From the human T2T-CHM13v2.0 reference genome, Homo sapiens, in assembly GCF_009914755.1 (NCBI RefSeq), contig NC_060943.1: a DNA stretch of 64,000 bases, one strand, 5' to 3'. Positions 45,417 to 61,045 of the stretch are shown piece by piece. Both the position numbers and the translations under genes were made by a program. Position 1 is the first letter of the stretch. Each line of letters starts with the position of its first letter. The notes below the pieces were generated by a model. The model searched no databases. It was not told the DNA's origin and was given only the letters and a program-made list of their open reading frames with translations.

Positions 45417-47063
45417 CTAGCGGAGGAGGGTTCTGTTGCCAGCAACCAGCAACCCCAACATGACAGTGGGAGAAGTGGCTGATACAGGCAGCAGAACTTA
45501 AAATGAGGGCGTGGCTGGAGGAGATAGAGGAGAGGCTGATAGGAAGGACTCCTGTATTGCAGGGTGGAAAGCCAGTGTCTCTTGCTACATGGTAACAAAT
45601 TATCCACTCACACTGTCACCTGCTGTGCCTGGAAAGGCAGATTGCGGGCTGGCCAAGGCTGCAGCCTCAGAAAAATAGTAAAGATGTTTCAGAATGACAA
45701 CGTTTTCTTGTTTCTTCCACTTTTGGAGAAGTCCTAAGAAGCAATCAAGAGCCTATGGACAGAAACAGAAGGAATTAATCCATCTGTCTTAAACAGGGGA
45801 TTTTTTTTTTTAGACAAGGTCTCTTTCTGACGCCCAGGCTGGTTGGAGCGCAGGATCTCGGCTCACTGCAACCAACCTCTGCCTCCCAGGTTCAAGTGAT
45901 TCTCCTGCCTCAGTCTCCCGAGGAGCTGGGACTACAGGCGAGCACCACCACGCCTGGCTAATTTTTCTATTTTTAGTAGAGACAGGGTTTTGCCATGTTC
46001 TCAAACTTCTGACCTCAGGTGATCCACCCACCTCACCTCCAAAATGCTGGCATTACAGGCATGAGCCACCACGCCTGGTCATGTCCAGCTTTTTATTTCT
46101 TCTAGAGATGAGGGTCTTGCTATGTTGCCCAGGCTGGCCTTGAACTCGTGGTCTCAAACGATCCTCTTGCCTCAGCCTCTCACAGTGCTACAGGCGTGAG
46201 CCACTGCTCCCTACTAGGGGGTTCTATCTTGCTGCATACTATGAATCTTAATTGAATGAAGGTCCCATGTCTTTTTTTGACACAAGGTCTCGCTCTGTCA
46301 CCCAGGCTGGATTGCAATGGCGTGATCTTGGCTCACTGCAACCTCCGCCTCCCGGGTTCAAGCGATTCTCCTGCGTTCAAGTGATTCTCCTGCCTCAGCT
46401 TCCAGAGTAGCTGAGATTACAGGCGTGCGTCACCACACCCGGCTAATTTTTTGTATTTTTAGTGGAGACAGGGTTTCCCCATGTTGGCCAGGCTGGTCGC
46501 AAATGCCTGACCTCAGGTGATCCGCCCACCTCAGCCTCCCAAAGTTCTGGGATTACAGATGTGAGCCACCACACCCGGCCATAGTTGGGAGTTTTGAAGA
46601 GTCAATGTCATATAAACCAAAAAGGGTGGATGATTGTTCCAAATTCAAAGAGAATGACAGGACAGCCAGATGAAATTTACCAGCCTTTACTGACTGCTGA
46701 ATAAGGGAGGAAAGTGTGACATAAGTTACCCTTGGGACCCAGGCATTCTACTCCTAGGGATATGCCCAAGGGGAATAAAAACATGTTCGTGCTAAATATT
46801 TAAACAAAATGTTCGTAGAAGCGTTCATTATTCATAACAGCCAAACAGTGGAAACAACTCGAATGTCCTTTGCAGGGGAAAGAAAACTTTACCTCTCCCT
46901 CCTACGGTCTTCAGTGGGCTTGGGTATAAAACTACCATAAGAATGCCGGGCGCAGGGCTCACTCCTGTAATCCCAGCATTTTGGGAGGCCAAGGCGGGCG
47001 GATCACCTGAGGTCGGGAGTTTGAGACCAACCTGACCAACATGGAGAAATCTTGTCTCTACTA

Positions 47064-47198
<135 letters not shown>

Positions 47199-47309
47199 CT
47201 AAAAAACAAACAAACAAAAACAAACAAACAAAAAAAACTGGTATAAGAAGGCTCACGCCTGTAATCCCAGCATTTCGAGAGGCCGAGGCAGGTGGATCAC
47301 CTGAGGTCA

Positions 47310-47599
<290 letters not shown>

Positions 47600-48396
47600 T
47601 TAGCTCACGCTAATGCCTCCACTTCCAGTCCAGCTCCACAGGGCTGGTGCCTACCTCTCCCTTTCCATATCTGTAACTCCCTCCCAGAAAAAAAAAGCAG
47701 TTCCAGTCCTCATCTCTGACTCCCACATGGCACCTCCCCCCGAGGCTGGTTCCAATGCCCCTCGTCGGGCACCCACCCCACACAGGTGTCCTCCTCCCAT
47801 GCTGGGAGTGCAGGCTCCCTGTCACGTGTCCTGCTGGCCCTCACTGGGCACTTACGCGCAGCCTCTGCTGAGCGCTCCTCATCCTGCTCAGCCCTGACCC
47901 CCAAACACCTCTCCCAAGGACATCCCACCCCAATCAGCCCATTCAGGGCCACCATGACCTTGCTCAGCCCCACATAATAGCTTTAGGGCCCAATTGTTCA
48001 GCAAAGGAAGGAAAGGAAGGAAAGGAAGGAAGAAGAAAAAGCTATGCATGTATTTTACTGTTTAAGCATTGAAATGTACAAGAATCACTAGGAAACTTAC
48101 AAGAATTACTTGGATGAGTTTATAGAGCAATTGAAACACTGAAAAATGAATAACCTCTAAAATTATGCATTCAGTTTAAAATATTTAAGAGAGTTTAATT
48201 AACTAAGTTTATAAATGGAACTGAACACTAGAGAATAGACTTTTTCTTAGCGGTAATTGGATTGTTTTATTAATATTTACTATATTTATAAAAATAGAGT
48301 CGTGAGATTTCCAATGGGCATAAAAGCTTAAGAACAAAGTGAGTTTCTGGGGTTTTTTTGTTTTTGTTTTTGTTTTTTTGTTTGGTCTTTTTTTGA

Positions 48397-48540
<144 letters not shown>

Positions 48541-48729
48541 TAGATATATATAATTTTTTGGTATTTTTAGTAGAGGCAGGGTTTCGCTATGTTGGCCAGG
48601 CTGGTCTCAAATTCCTGACCTCAGGTGATCCACCGCCTTGGCCTCCCAAGGTGCTGGGATTACAGGGTGAACCACTGCGCCTGGCCAAGAACAAAGTGAG
48701 ATTTCTTTCCTTTTTTTTTTTTTTTTTGA

Positions 48730-49015
<286 letters not shown>

Positions 49016-49578
49016 TGAGATTTCTAAGTGTCATTTTCATCATCAGAATGTTGATTTACAAAAAGCAGCCCCAGAATTACCTTCACTGTGTATAAAAAAT
49101 AACCAAAATGTGACCAACAAATGACATTCATGGAGCCTGAATTTTAAATCTCTACAACCACCTAGTGTGCAATTAGCTACTTTTCATCTAAATTATTTCC
49201 TAAAAGAGGCATAAAGTAAGAAAAATCAGTCTACTCCCTCTTCTTTATTTTGAGACAAAAGAACCTCGGTGGCTAGTCAATGCTCAGCAGTGGCCAGGCC
49301 CAGTGGCTCATGCCTGTAATCCCAGCACTTTGGGAGGCTAAGGCAGGCAGATCGCTTGACTCCAGGAGTTCAACACCAGCCTAGGCAACATCGTAAAACC
49401 CTCTCTCTACAAAAAATACACAATTAGCCAGGCATGGTGGCGTGTGTCTGTAGCCCCAGCTACTCGGGAGGCTGAGGTGGTGAGCCCAGGAGGTTTAAGC
49501 TTGGAAGATTGAGGCTGCAGTGAGCGGAGACTGCACCACTGCACTCCAGCCTGGGTGACAGAGTGAGACCCCCATCTC

Positions 49579-49609
<31 letters not shown>

Positions 49610-49811
49610 AATGGTCAGGAGTGACACTGGTCAGTGGCTTCCTGGAACTAGAAGAGAGGCCACTATTTCCTGGACACCAGGAAACTTAATTGAGGAGGTG
49701 GTTAGATAGGTCTCCACAGTTCTCAAAATCAGTGAACTATACCTTTAATATCTGCATCTTTTATTTTATGGGAAGGATACCTTGATAGAAAGACTATTGA
49801 GAAATATATAC

Positions 49812-49847
<36 letters not shown>
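49812..49847. repeat. (ATT)n microsatellite
   Basis: Directly visible, in an Alu tail. Confidence 0.85.
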
Positions 49848-49852
<5 letters not shown>

Positions 49853-49860
49853 CTTTTTGA

Positions 49861-50347
<487 letters not shown>

Positions 50348-50675
50348 TCACGAAAATATTATTTCAGGCCAGGCGCAGTGGCTCACACCTGTAATCCCAA
50401 CACTTTGGGAGGCCGAGGAGGGCAGATCACGAGGTCAGGAGTTCGAGACCAGCCTGACCAACATGGCGAAACCCTGTCTCTACTAAAAATACAAAAATTA
50501 GGCCAGGCGCGGTGGCTTATGCCTGTAATCCCAGCACTTTGGGAGGCCGAGGCGGGCGGATCATGAGGTCAGGAGACCGAGACCATCCTGGCTAATACAG
50601 TGAAACCCCGTCTCTACCAAAAATGCAAAAAATTAGCTGGGCGTGGTGGCGGGAGCCTGTAGTCCCAGCTACTCA

Positions 50676-50813
<138 letters not shown>

Positions 50814-53132
50814 TTAGCCAGGCATGTTGGTGGGTGCCTGTAATCCCAGCTACTCAGGAGGCTGAGGCCAAAGAATCACTTCAACCCGGGAGGTGGAGGT
50901 TGCAGCGAGCCGAGATCGCACCACTGCACTCCAGCCTGGGTGACAGGGTGAGCCTCTGTCTCAAAAAAAAAACAAAAGAAAAAAAAAACAAAAGAAAATA
51001 TTGTTTCACAACTGATGAGAAACATAACCAACACTAATGAATAAGAGCCCATCGAGGATGCATATCTCAGTTACAGGAAAGGAGCCAGCCTTTTAGACTG
51101 GTAACAGATTGACTGCAACCATTTGGCCAATCACTTAAGGCAAGTTGGGACTTGCACGTTGGTTGGGTGTGAAGTCATATCCAGCCACAGTGAAGAAATA
51201 GAAATAAATAAAAAGATGTTCTTGGGAAACAATAGCAAGGTACAGAATGATGTATCAAGTAATGTAAGGAGTGTCTTTTCTTTTTGTGGACTGAGGTCTC
51301 ACTGTGTTGCCCAGGCTGGAGAGCTGTGGTGTGATCATAGCTCCCTGCAGCCTCTGATCTCCTGGGCTCAAGCAATTCTCCTGCCTCAGCCTCCCAAGTA
51401 GCTGGAATTACAGGCAGATGTGCGCCAACCCACTGGGCTATTTTATTTTATTTTTATTTTTTGTAGTGATGAGGTCTTGCTGTGTTGCCCAGGCGAGAGT
51501 GTCTTCTTTAGAATGGTCAATAATGTTAGAACAATGGAGTCCACCATTCAGGGGAACATTCTCGGGAACTAACTGAGCTGGGCTGGTGGTATGATCACCG
51601 GACACCCTGCTATCCTCTCTGTCCGTGCCCATGACATGTCCTTGGCACAAAGACCCCTCTGGAGCTGAGGGGCTGGCCTCTTCCTTGACTGAGAGGTGGC
51701 CCCTGTCTAAGCCTCAGTTTTGTCCTCTGCAGAATGGGGGTGCTTGCAGCCCCTACTGAAATGCAGCTGCTAGCCTCCCTCTCTGAGCTCATGTTCCCAA
51801 GAACTGGTCCCTGAGCTTGGTGCCTTGGAGTGTGTGGGGAGGGGGCGAGAGGCTGGGGGCCTGGGACGCAGAGGGTGGAGGATGGTTCTGGGTCTGCTGT
51901 CTCCACCCAAACTTTCCACTGCCAGCCTGCCTCTGCCCAGGCCTCTCAGCAGCCTGCTGGGTGGGGCAGGAGCTGGAGTGGCGAGTGGAAAAGGTCCAGG
52001 AGGGCTGCTGGGCTGCTAGGAGTGGTTTCTGCTCAGCTCCCACACCATCCCTGCCTTTCAGAAGCATCTTTCAGCCCTACCCGCCCCTCCACCAAGCCAA
52101 TTCCCCAACCCTGAGTTCTCTTGCAGAGTCTTAGGCCCAAGGGGGCTGTTTCGGGCCTGGCGGGAGGGTCCCCACCTTGCTCTGCTTTTGATCTAGGTGG
52201 TGATGGAATGCCAGGCCACCCACCACCCCAAAACCCACCTCATCCTGACCTACAAACTTGGTGGCATGATGGTAGCAGTCCTGGAAGGAGGAAGAAGAGA
52301 GACTTGAAGGAGAGAAGTGGGACAGGAATATGTGGTAGACAGAGTTAGGGGCAGAGACGGACAGAGTGAGACAGCCAGCCCCAGAGACAGAACCCACAGG
52401 AGAGGTGCGAGCAGAGGTGAGGAGAGCCAGAGGTCAGGGCAACGGGTCCTGCACGCTCCTGCCTTTGGCAAATCGCTTCCCATCCCAGCTTCAGCCTCCT
52501 CCTCTGTACAATGGGGGTGACCCATACTCCTCCCTGTTGGAATGATGGGGTCCCAATCAGTGATTTCCTGCATCTCCTGGGCAGCCGAGGGGCCTTGGAA
52601 ATGACAGGCATAGTCCTAGTGGATCCCCTCCTTTCACCCCTCCTGACTGAGGACTTCCATGAACTGGGCACACTCCAGGACCCAGGGGTGCAGCGCTGAG
52701 GGGATCAGGCAGGCCCCCTGTGAACCCATGAAGCCACCCTGTCAGTCACTAGTGCTCCTATTGTGGCCGCTGTTCCATTACAGAGGCAGAAGCTTAGATT
52801 TCAGCACGGATCAGTCCAGGCAGGAGGTTCTCAGCTGGAGAGAAGGGTCTGGAGTTCCCACCCAGATTGGCCTCCCAGGACCTAATATGTCTGTGTATAA
52901 AATAAGAGAAATTACTAACAAATAAATACATGAAATGAGATAGAGGCTCTCCGTGTGCCAGGCAGCGGGAAGACAGGGGTGGAGGGGCAGTGGCACAAGG
53001 AGCCTTCTCTGCTGTGAGTTTATTACTATTAAACATTCCCTCTTATTATCAGCTCCTAGGAGAGGGGCAGTGCACCCGGGCCCTGGGTGATGGGGGGATC
53101 AGGGCCCCCAAGAAGAGGTGCCACTCCCGCTT

Positions 53133-53234
53133 CGCCGGGCTTGCCCCAGGGCCAGGGTCCGTGCCAGGTGTGGGTGGTGGGTGGGAAGGGGTGGGGTGAG
53201 TCATCAGGGCCAGCCCCGCCCTGCTTTTATTTAA
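53133..53234 (+). promoter_or_regulatory. LGALS7B: LGALS7B proximal promoter
   Basis: GGGCTTGCCC 53137-53146; TGAGTCA 53197-53203; TATTTAA 53228-53234. Confidence 0.7.
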
Positions 53235-53282
53235 GGTCCCCAGCAGGCCCCACCACCACGGCTGCCCAACCCGGTCCCAGCC

Positions 53283-55749
53283 ATGTCCGTGAGTGCTCCA
53301 GGGGCCCGGGGCGGGGCCAAGCAGGGAGGGGGCTGGGGGCTCCTCTTTCAAAGGAGCAAGTGGGCAGTGAGTGTGCCACGGACTGGCCTGGGCTGTGGCC
53401 TCCGGGTAACCCCCATCCCGACTGTCCCCTCTACCTCTTTGTGGCTTCCTCTGGGGCCCTCTTTGAGGATCTTTCTGTTTGTCTTTGTTGCTCTCCCCAT
53501 CTGTTTCCCTGTCTGTTTCTGGTCTCTTTCCTGCCTCTCCGCCAACCTTTCCTCTTCCACTGATTTCTGCCAGTCTCAGCCCTGGTCGGCTCCTCTGAGG
53601 GGTGACCCACCTTCTGCCTCCCTCCTTCGGTCTCACCGGCTCACAGTGGCCCCTGCACCCCACTCTTGCAGAACGTCCCCCACAAGTCCTCGCTGCCCGA
53701 GGGCATCCGCCCTGGCACGGTGCTGAGAATTCGCGGCTTGGTTCCTCCCAATGCCAGCAGGTGAGGCCCCAGGCCCTAGGGGTAAAGGGTACAGGTCTCA
53801 GGATCAGCTGACTCCCAATTTTTGCAGTCCAGAAGTAGGGGCCCGAGGCCACCTGTATCCACCAGGCTAGGAGTCCGAGGCCATTTCTGACCTCAAATCT
53901 GATGTATTCGTATTTGCCCCCGTGCCTTTGTGGCTGGGGTCCCTAAGTTTCCCTAAGCATTTGAGGTCCCTGGGTAATCTCAGGGTTCCTAGATATAGTC
54001 CTATGACTTCCATGTCTGAGTCCCAGGGAACTCTGGAAATACTCCAAGTCCTGGAGACACCCTGGACCCTGGGAGTCCTTGCCAAGCCATCCTTTGACTT
54101 CCTGGCTAAGGAACTTCGGGCCTTCTGGATTCTGAGGTACCCTGGAAATACTGGGGTTCCTGGTATTATTCTTTGTCCTGTAGAAGCTGAGGGTTCCCTG
54201 AGCATCAGGAGCACCCTGGCTATCACCCAGACCTCCTGGGCAGCTCCCAGGCTCTTTGGAAATGAGGGCACCCTGCCCTAAGTGTAGTGAGTTTGGTCTG
54301 GGTAGGTTTCTGCCAAGGGCCTCATGATATTTTGGCTGCCTTGGGAATCTAAGCTCCCTGGTCATTAGTCGCCCACCTCTCCTTCTGCGGTGTGTGCCTG
54401 TCTTCAGGTCCCTGTTAATTTGGGGGTACTCTGGGAATGGGGAGTGCCAGCCCATAAGACCTTCACTTTGGTCTGGGCGGTTTATGTTTTGTTTGTTCTT
54501 TCGTTTTTTTGTAAGGTGGGGTCTCGCTATGTTGCCCAGGCTGGTCTTTAACTTCCGGGCCCAAGCGATCCTCCCTTCTCCACCTCCCAGAGTGCTGGGA
54601 TTACAGGGTGAGCCACTGCACCCAGCCAACATTTCATTTACTTATTCATTCAAAGTAAATTGTAGACATCGGTATTCCTCACCCTCAACATTTCTTGGTC
54701 TGGGTGGTTTCTGAGCCCTGACGGCCACCATCCCCCTCTTCCAGGTTCCATGTAAACCTGCTGTGCGGGGAGGAGCAGGGCTCCGATGCCGCCCTGCATT
54801 TCAACCCCCGGCTGGACACGTCGGAGGTGGTCTTCAACAGCAAGGAGCAAGGCTCCTGGGGCCGCGAGGAGCGCGGGCCGGGCGTTCCTTTCCAGCGCGG
54901 GCAGCCCTTCGAGGTGCTCATCATCGCGTCAGACGACGGCTTCAAGGTGCGTCTCAGCGACAGGGGCGTGGACGCCAAGACTTAGGTCCCTGGAGCAGAG
55001 GGTTGGGCAAAGCCAGGCTATTGGTGGAAGGCAGGGAGGTTCGGGGTGGGGTGAGGAGCGTAGGGAAGTCGTGGCCAAGGCGGAGAAGGGTGTCCTTCGA
55101 CCCTCTCTCTCGCCTAAACAACTCCCACTTGGGTCCGAGGGACAGAGAGACAGCAGGGTCAGGACGAGGCGAGCACCAGCCAAGTGTCCAAGGGGTGGGC
55201 GTCCTAGCGGGAAGGCGTGGCCCAGACTCGCCATCCCAGACCCTACTCCCAGTTCATTCCTTCCTGAGGTCCGGGGTGTGAGGCATGGGGAGGGATGGGT
55301 TGGAAACAGCGCCCAGGAACTCGTCCTAGCAAGGATTGGCGGGTGGGAGTGGCGGCAGATCCTCCACCACCCACAGCTTACGCGAATTCACCTCCCTCCT
55401 CTGCGCTTTAATAGCGGGTAATGGTCGCTGAAATGAGAATATCCATTACCAGCACTAAAAAAGCCGCTTTTTACTGTGCCACACAGTCAACTCGTTTGAT
55501 CCTCACGCAAGAGTTAGAATGAACAATAGCCCCATTTTCCCAGTGAGGAAACTGAGGCCCAGAGGGGATGAGTGATTTCCCCAGGGCCACCCAGCACGGG
55601 CCTCCGGAATCCTCACCACCGACCCTCCCCTGCAGGCCGTGGTTGGGGACGCCCAGTACCACCACTTCCGCCACCGCCTGCCGCTGGCGCGCGTGCGCCT
55701 GGTGGAGGTGGGCGGGGACGTGCAGCTGGACTCCGTGAGGATCTTCTGA
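53283..55749 (+). CDS. LGALS7B: Galectin-7B (136 aa, protein identical to LGALS7)
   Basis: Exons 53283-53288, 53672-53760, 54745-54946, 55636-55749; GT-AG introns; stop TGA 55747-55749. Confidence 0.96.
54484..54694 (-). mobile_element. Alu left monomer plus 67-bp 5' extension, TSD-flanked, in LGALS7B intron 2
   Basis: TSD TTGGTCTGGG(C/T)GGTTT at 54468-54483 and 54695-54710. Confidence 0.8.
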
Positions 55750-55785
55750 GCAGAAGCCCAGGCGGGCCCGGGGCCTTGGCTGGCA

Positions 55786-55791
55786 AATAAA
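55786..55791 (+). terminator. LGALS7B: LGALS7B polyadenylation signal AATAAA
   Basis: AATAAA 36 nt after the stop codon. Confidence 0.85.
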
Positions 55792-57446
55792 GCGTTAGCC
55801 CGCAGCGCGACTGTGTCTGTGTCCCATTCACTGAGATGAGCAAACTGAGACCCAGAGAGGCCAAGATACTGGCTCCGGGCCACACAGCGAATCCGAGGCG
55901 GAGGCGGGCTCTGAGCCTGCCTGTGCTTAGGACACTTTCTGTCTGCGAAGGCGTGAGGGTCGCGATCTGGGAAGGAGTGGGTGTGGGGCGTGCCCTGACG
56001 CAGCATTTGTGCAAAGCAAGCCAGGTGGGAATGCGGTCGGGCGGACCTGCTGGCGTTTGGGGCGCAGAGGCGCTCACCGCAGGTCCTGGTGCCCCCACTG
56101 CAGATCTAAGGGGCGCCAACATGGGTCCATCTGCAAAGGGGGCGAATGAGTCCCACCTTTCTGGTCATTTGTGGGCCCCAATCCTACGGGTGGAAAGCGT
56201 GTTATAATATCCCGGGTCCCTGGGTCCCGTATCCCCCTGCAGCTCATCTCTCCCACCCTCTTCTCTCCTGGCCTCCCGCCCCTAGAGACGTCCCAGGTGG
56301 GGCTGGGAAGCCCGACGGGCGTCTCCGGGCTCCCGCTGTTCCCCGAGTCGGGACAGGTACCCGCCTGCGCATCCTCGGGGCAGACGCGATGGCAGCGGCC
56401 CCGGCTCTGCGGAACAGCTGGGAGGACTCGAAGGACGGCGTGGGTTTTCCGTGGCGCAGCGAGCCCCATTCCCACGCGCCCTCCGCTCTCCCCGACGGCC
56501 CGGACCCCGGTCCTAGCCCTGGTCACTGTGACGGGAGGGGAAGCGGACGCCAAGTGCAGCCCCGGCCCCAGTGTGACTTTCAGGGTTCAGGGCGTCGCTG
56601 GGGCTCCCCTTAATGGCGGGGTTGGGGTGGGAGAGGCTGGGAGCACTGTGCGCCTCGAGCCCCCACCCTCGGCGAGGCACCCTGCAGCGGTCGCGGGTCT
56701 CTCAACCGGGGACCGAGGAGCCAGGCCAGGGCTGCGATCGGAAGCTGCACGTGGGTGTTCAGGGCCGGCTGTTCCGGAACCTTAGTCCAGAGCCACATCT
56801 TGGTGGGCGCGCCAGGGCTTGGGTCTCGATCCCCGCCCTTGAACCTCCGACCCCCTGGCGTCCGCCTTCCGCATTGCTGCCTGGACCAAGGCGGATGCAG
56901 GAAGCTGGGGTGGTTCCTGGCCTGGCCTGAATCTGATTCTGGAGTCAGGTGGGGACGCCAGGTTCGCTGCAGGGCCCAGGCGCATTCAGGACCCGGGGTT
57001 TTAGGCCCCTGCGACCTTCGGTCTGGGCGGTCCCTTCCCGTGTCCGGCCCTGGAGTGGGTGGGCGGTGGCCAGGAGCGAGCCCAGCTCAGGTGAGGAGGC
57101 CTGTGAGAGGCCGGTTTCTCCCAGTCCTCCGGGGTTCCTGCTTGAATGAGTTAGCTCTTATTTCATTTGGCTGTGTCGAGTGGTTTTAAAATATCAGTTT
57201 TTTCATAAAGATAATATATGCATCTGGTATACATTTCAAAACATACAGTGAAATGAACACACATTATTGGCACAAGTGGTGAATGTGGTTGGGTCTTCGG
57301 ATTAGACAGTAGCGATCCAGCCGTGTTAATGTCCTGAATTTCACCGTTGACTGACAGTGTACATGTGGGAACTTGTCCCTGTTTGTGGAAAATAGAGTTA
57401 GGTATTTGGTGGTGCAGCATGTTTGCGACTTATTCTCAAATGGTTC

Positions 57447-57761
57447 TGAGGCAGGAAAATAGGGTCTGGAGGCAGGGAACATAAGGCTGATTCACACTTC
57501 AGATATGACAGGAAACATCCTCTCCATTTACATAGGGCGTACAGCAAGTAACCAATGGAAACCTCTAGAAGGTATTTAAACGCCAAAAAATTATGTAACC
57601 CAGCCCTTGAGCCCCTATGCTCCGCCACACCCACACTGTGGGGTGTATTTTTATTTTCAATAAATCTCTGCCTTTGTTGCTTCATTATTTCCTTGCTTTG
57701 TGCGTTTTGCCCAATTCTTCATTCAAGAGACCAAGCACCTGGACACCCTCCATCGGTAACA
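57447..57761 (+). mobile_element. Solo ERV1 LTR (MER61/MER51-like), 315 bp
   Basis: TG...CA termini, 4-bp TSD GTTC (57443-57446, 57762-57765), internal TATTTAAA and AATAAA. Confidence 0.85.
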
Positions 57762-59255
57762 GTTCATCAAAAATTTTTAAATAAAAAATTTTTTTTGTTG
57801 AGGCAGGGTCTTGCTCTGTTGCCCAGGCTGAGTGGAGTTGTGGATAAGGGCTTACTGCAGCCTCAACCTCCCAGGCTGAAGCCATCCTCCCACCTCAGCC
57901 CCCCAAGTAGCTGAGACTACAGGCACGTGCCATGGTGCCAGGCTAATTTTTTTTGGGGGGGCGGGTGTTTGTAGAGCCAGGGTCTTGCTATGTTGCCCAG
58001 GCTGGTCTTGAACTCCTGGACTGAAACTCCTGAGCTCAAGCGATCCTCCCACCGAGGCTTCCCAGAGTGCTGGGATTACAGGTGTGAGCCATGGTGCCCA
58101 ACCTAAATCCTTCTTTATTAAGTTTGTCTTCAAAGAAATTTAGAATTTATGATTCAGCTTCCCTTCTCTCCTCCCCATCCTCCTGGATCTTTCTGTAACA
58201 GCTATATTGACATATAACTCATATGCTATACAAGTCACCCATTCAAAGTATACAAGTCAATGTTTTTCAGTATATTCACACGGTTGTGCATCCATCAACA
58301 CAATCTAATTTTAGAACATTTTTATCATCTCAAAAGACCTTGGCTCACAGATGTAATCCCAGCACTTTGGGAGCCTGAGGCGGAAGGATTGATTGAGCCC
58401 AGGAGTTCAAGACCAGCCTGAGGCCGGGCGCTGTGGCTCACACTTGTAATCTCAGCACTTTGGGAGGCTGAGATGGGCGGATCACTTGAGCTCAGGAGCT
58501 CGAGACTAGCCTGGCCAACATGGCAAAACCCCATCTCTACTCAAAATACAAAAAATTAGCCAGGCGTGGTGGCACGCACCTGTAATCCCAGCTACTTGGG
58601 AGGCTGAGGCAGGAGAATTGCTTGAACCCGGTAGGCGGAGGCTGCAGTGAGCAGATAGCACCATTGCACTCCAGCCTGGGTGACAGAGCAAAGCTGTGTC
58701 TCAAAAAAAAAACAAAAAAACAACCTGGGCAATATAGGGAGACCTCATCTCTACAAAAAATAATTTTAGCTGGGCATGGTGGTACACACCTGTGGTCCCA
58801 GTTACTCGGGAGGCTGAGCTAGGAGGATGGCTTGAGCTGGAGAGGTCGAGGCTGCAGTGAGCCGTGATCGCTCCACTGCACTCCAGCTTGAGCAACAGAG
58901 TGAAACCCTGTTTCAGAAACAAAACAAAACAAAAAAGAACAACTAAAAGAAACCCCATACCCATAAGCAGTCACTCTCCAACTTGCCCCTCCCCCAGCAC
59001 CTGGCAATCACTAACCTACTTTCCAGCTGTATGGATTTATGAATCTGCTTGTTTTCCACACGTGGAATCATACAATATGTGGCCCTGTATATCTGGCTTC
59101 TTCCACGGAGCATCATGTTTTCAGGGTTTGTCCATGTCATAGCATGCATCAGCACTTCATTCCTTTTCATGGCTGAATGCTGTTCCAATGTGTGGATCGA
59201 ATATACGCGTTTACCCATTCATCATGGTGAATAGTGGATATCTGGGTTGTTCCTA

Positions 59256-59660
<405 letters not shown>

Positions 59661-59968
59661 TCACATGATTCTTTTAAGTTCCGTTTCAAAGAACTGCCAA
59701 ACCATTTTCCAAAGTAACTGTAACATTTTACATTACCATCAGCAACCTATGTGTTCCTATTTCTCCATGTTCTCTCCAACACTTGTTATTGTCTTTTTTT
59801 TTTTTTTTTTTTGAGACAGGTCTTGTTCTGTTGTGTAGGCTGGAGTGCAGCGGTGAAATCATGGCTCACTGCAGCCTCCACCTCCTGGGCTCAAGCAATT
59901 CTCCTACCTCAGGCCTCCCAATTAGTTGGAACTATAGGTATGCGTCCCCATGCTTGGCTAATTTTTAA

Positions 59969-60091
<123 letters not shown>

Positions 60092-60609
60092 TGACCTATC
60101 TGTCTTTTTTATTATAGCCATCCTAATAGGTTGGCTTCACCACTTGGTGAAGAGATATGTCATGTGGTTTTGATTTGCATTTCCCTAATGACATGGGTTG
60201 CCGTTTATATATCTTCTTTGCAGAAATGTTTATCGAAATTTTCTGCCCATTTTAAATTGGATTTTTAAAAGGTGTTATATAATCTTATCCATAAATATGT
60301 GTATAATTCTAAATGATATTTATTTTTTAATTTTTATTTTTGAGATGGGGTCTCACTCTGCTGCCCAGGCTGGTCTCAAACTCCCAGGTTCAAACAGTCT
60401 TCCCACCTTAGCCTCCCAAGTAGCTAGGATTACAGGCATCTGCCACCATGCCTGGCAGGCTCTCTTTTTAAACAAAACCTCATTACCATTCTAACTCCTA
60501 AAAAATTTACAGTTCATATCATTGTATGATACAATGTTTGCAAAGTTTGTATGCAAAGGTTTCCCCCAACATTTTATTATGAATTTTTTCAGACATGCAG
60601 AAAAGTTAA

Positions 60610-61045
<436 letters not shown>

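Larger units (their letters stand above)
50998..57775 (+). repeat. Right arm of inverted segmental duplication (LGALS7B)
   Basis: Mirror of about 33375-40490, apart from arm-specific TE insertions. Confidence 0.9.
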
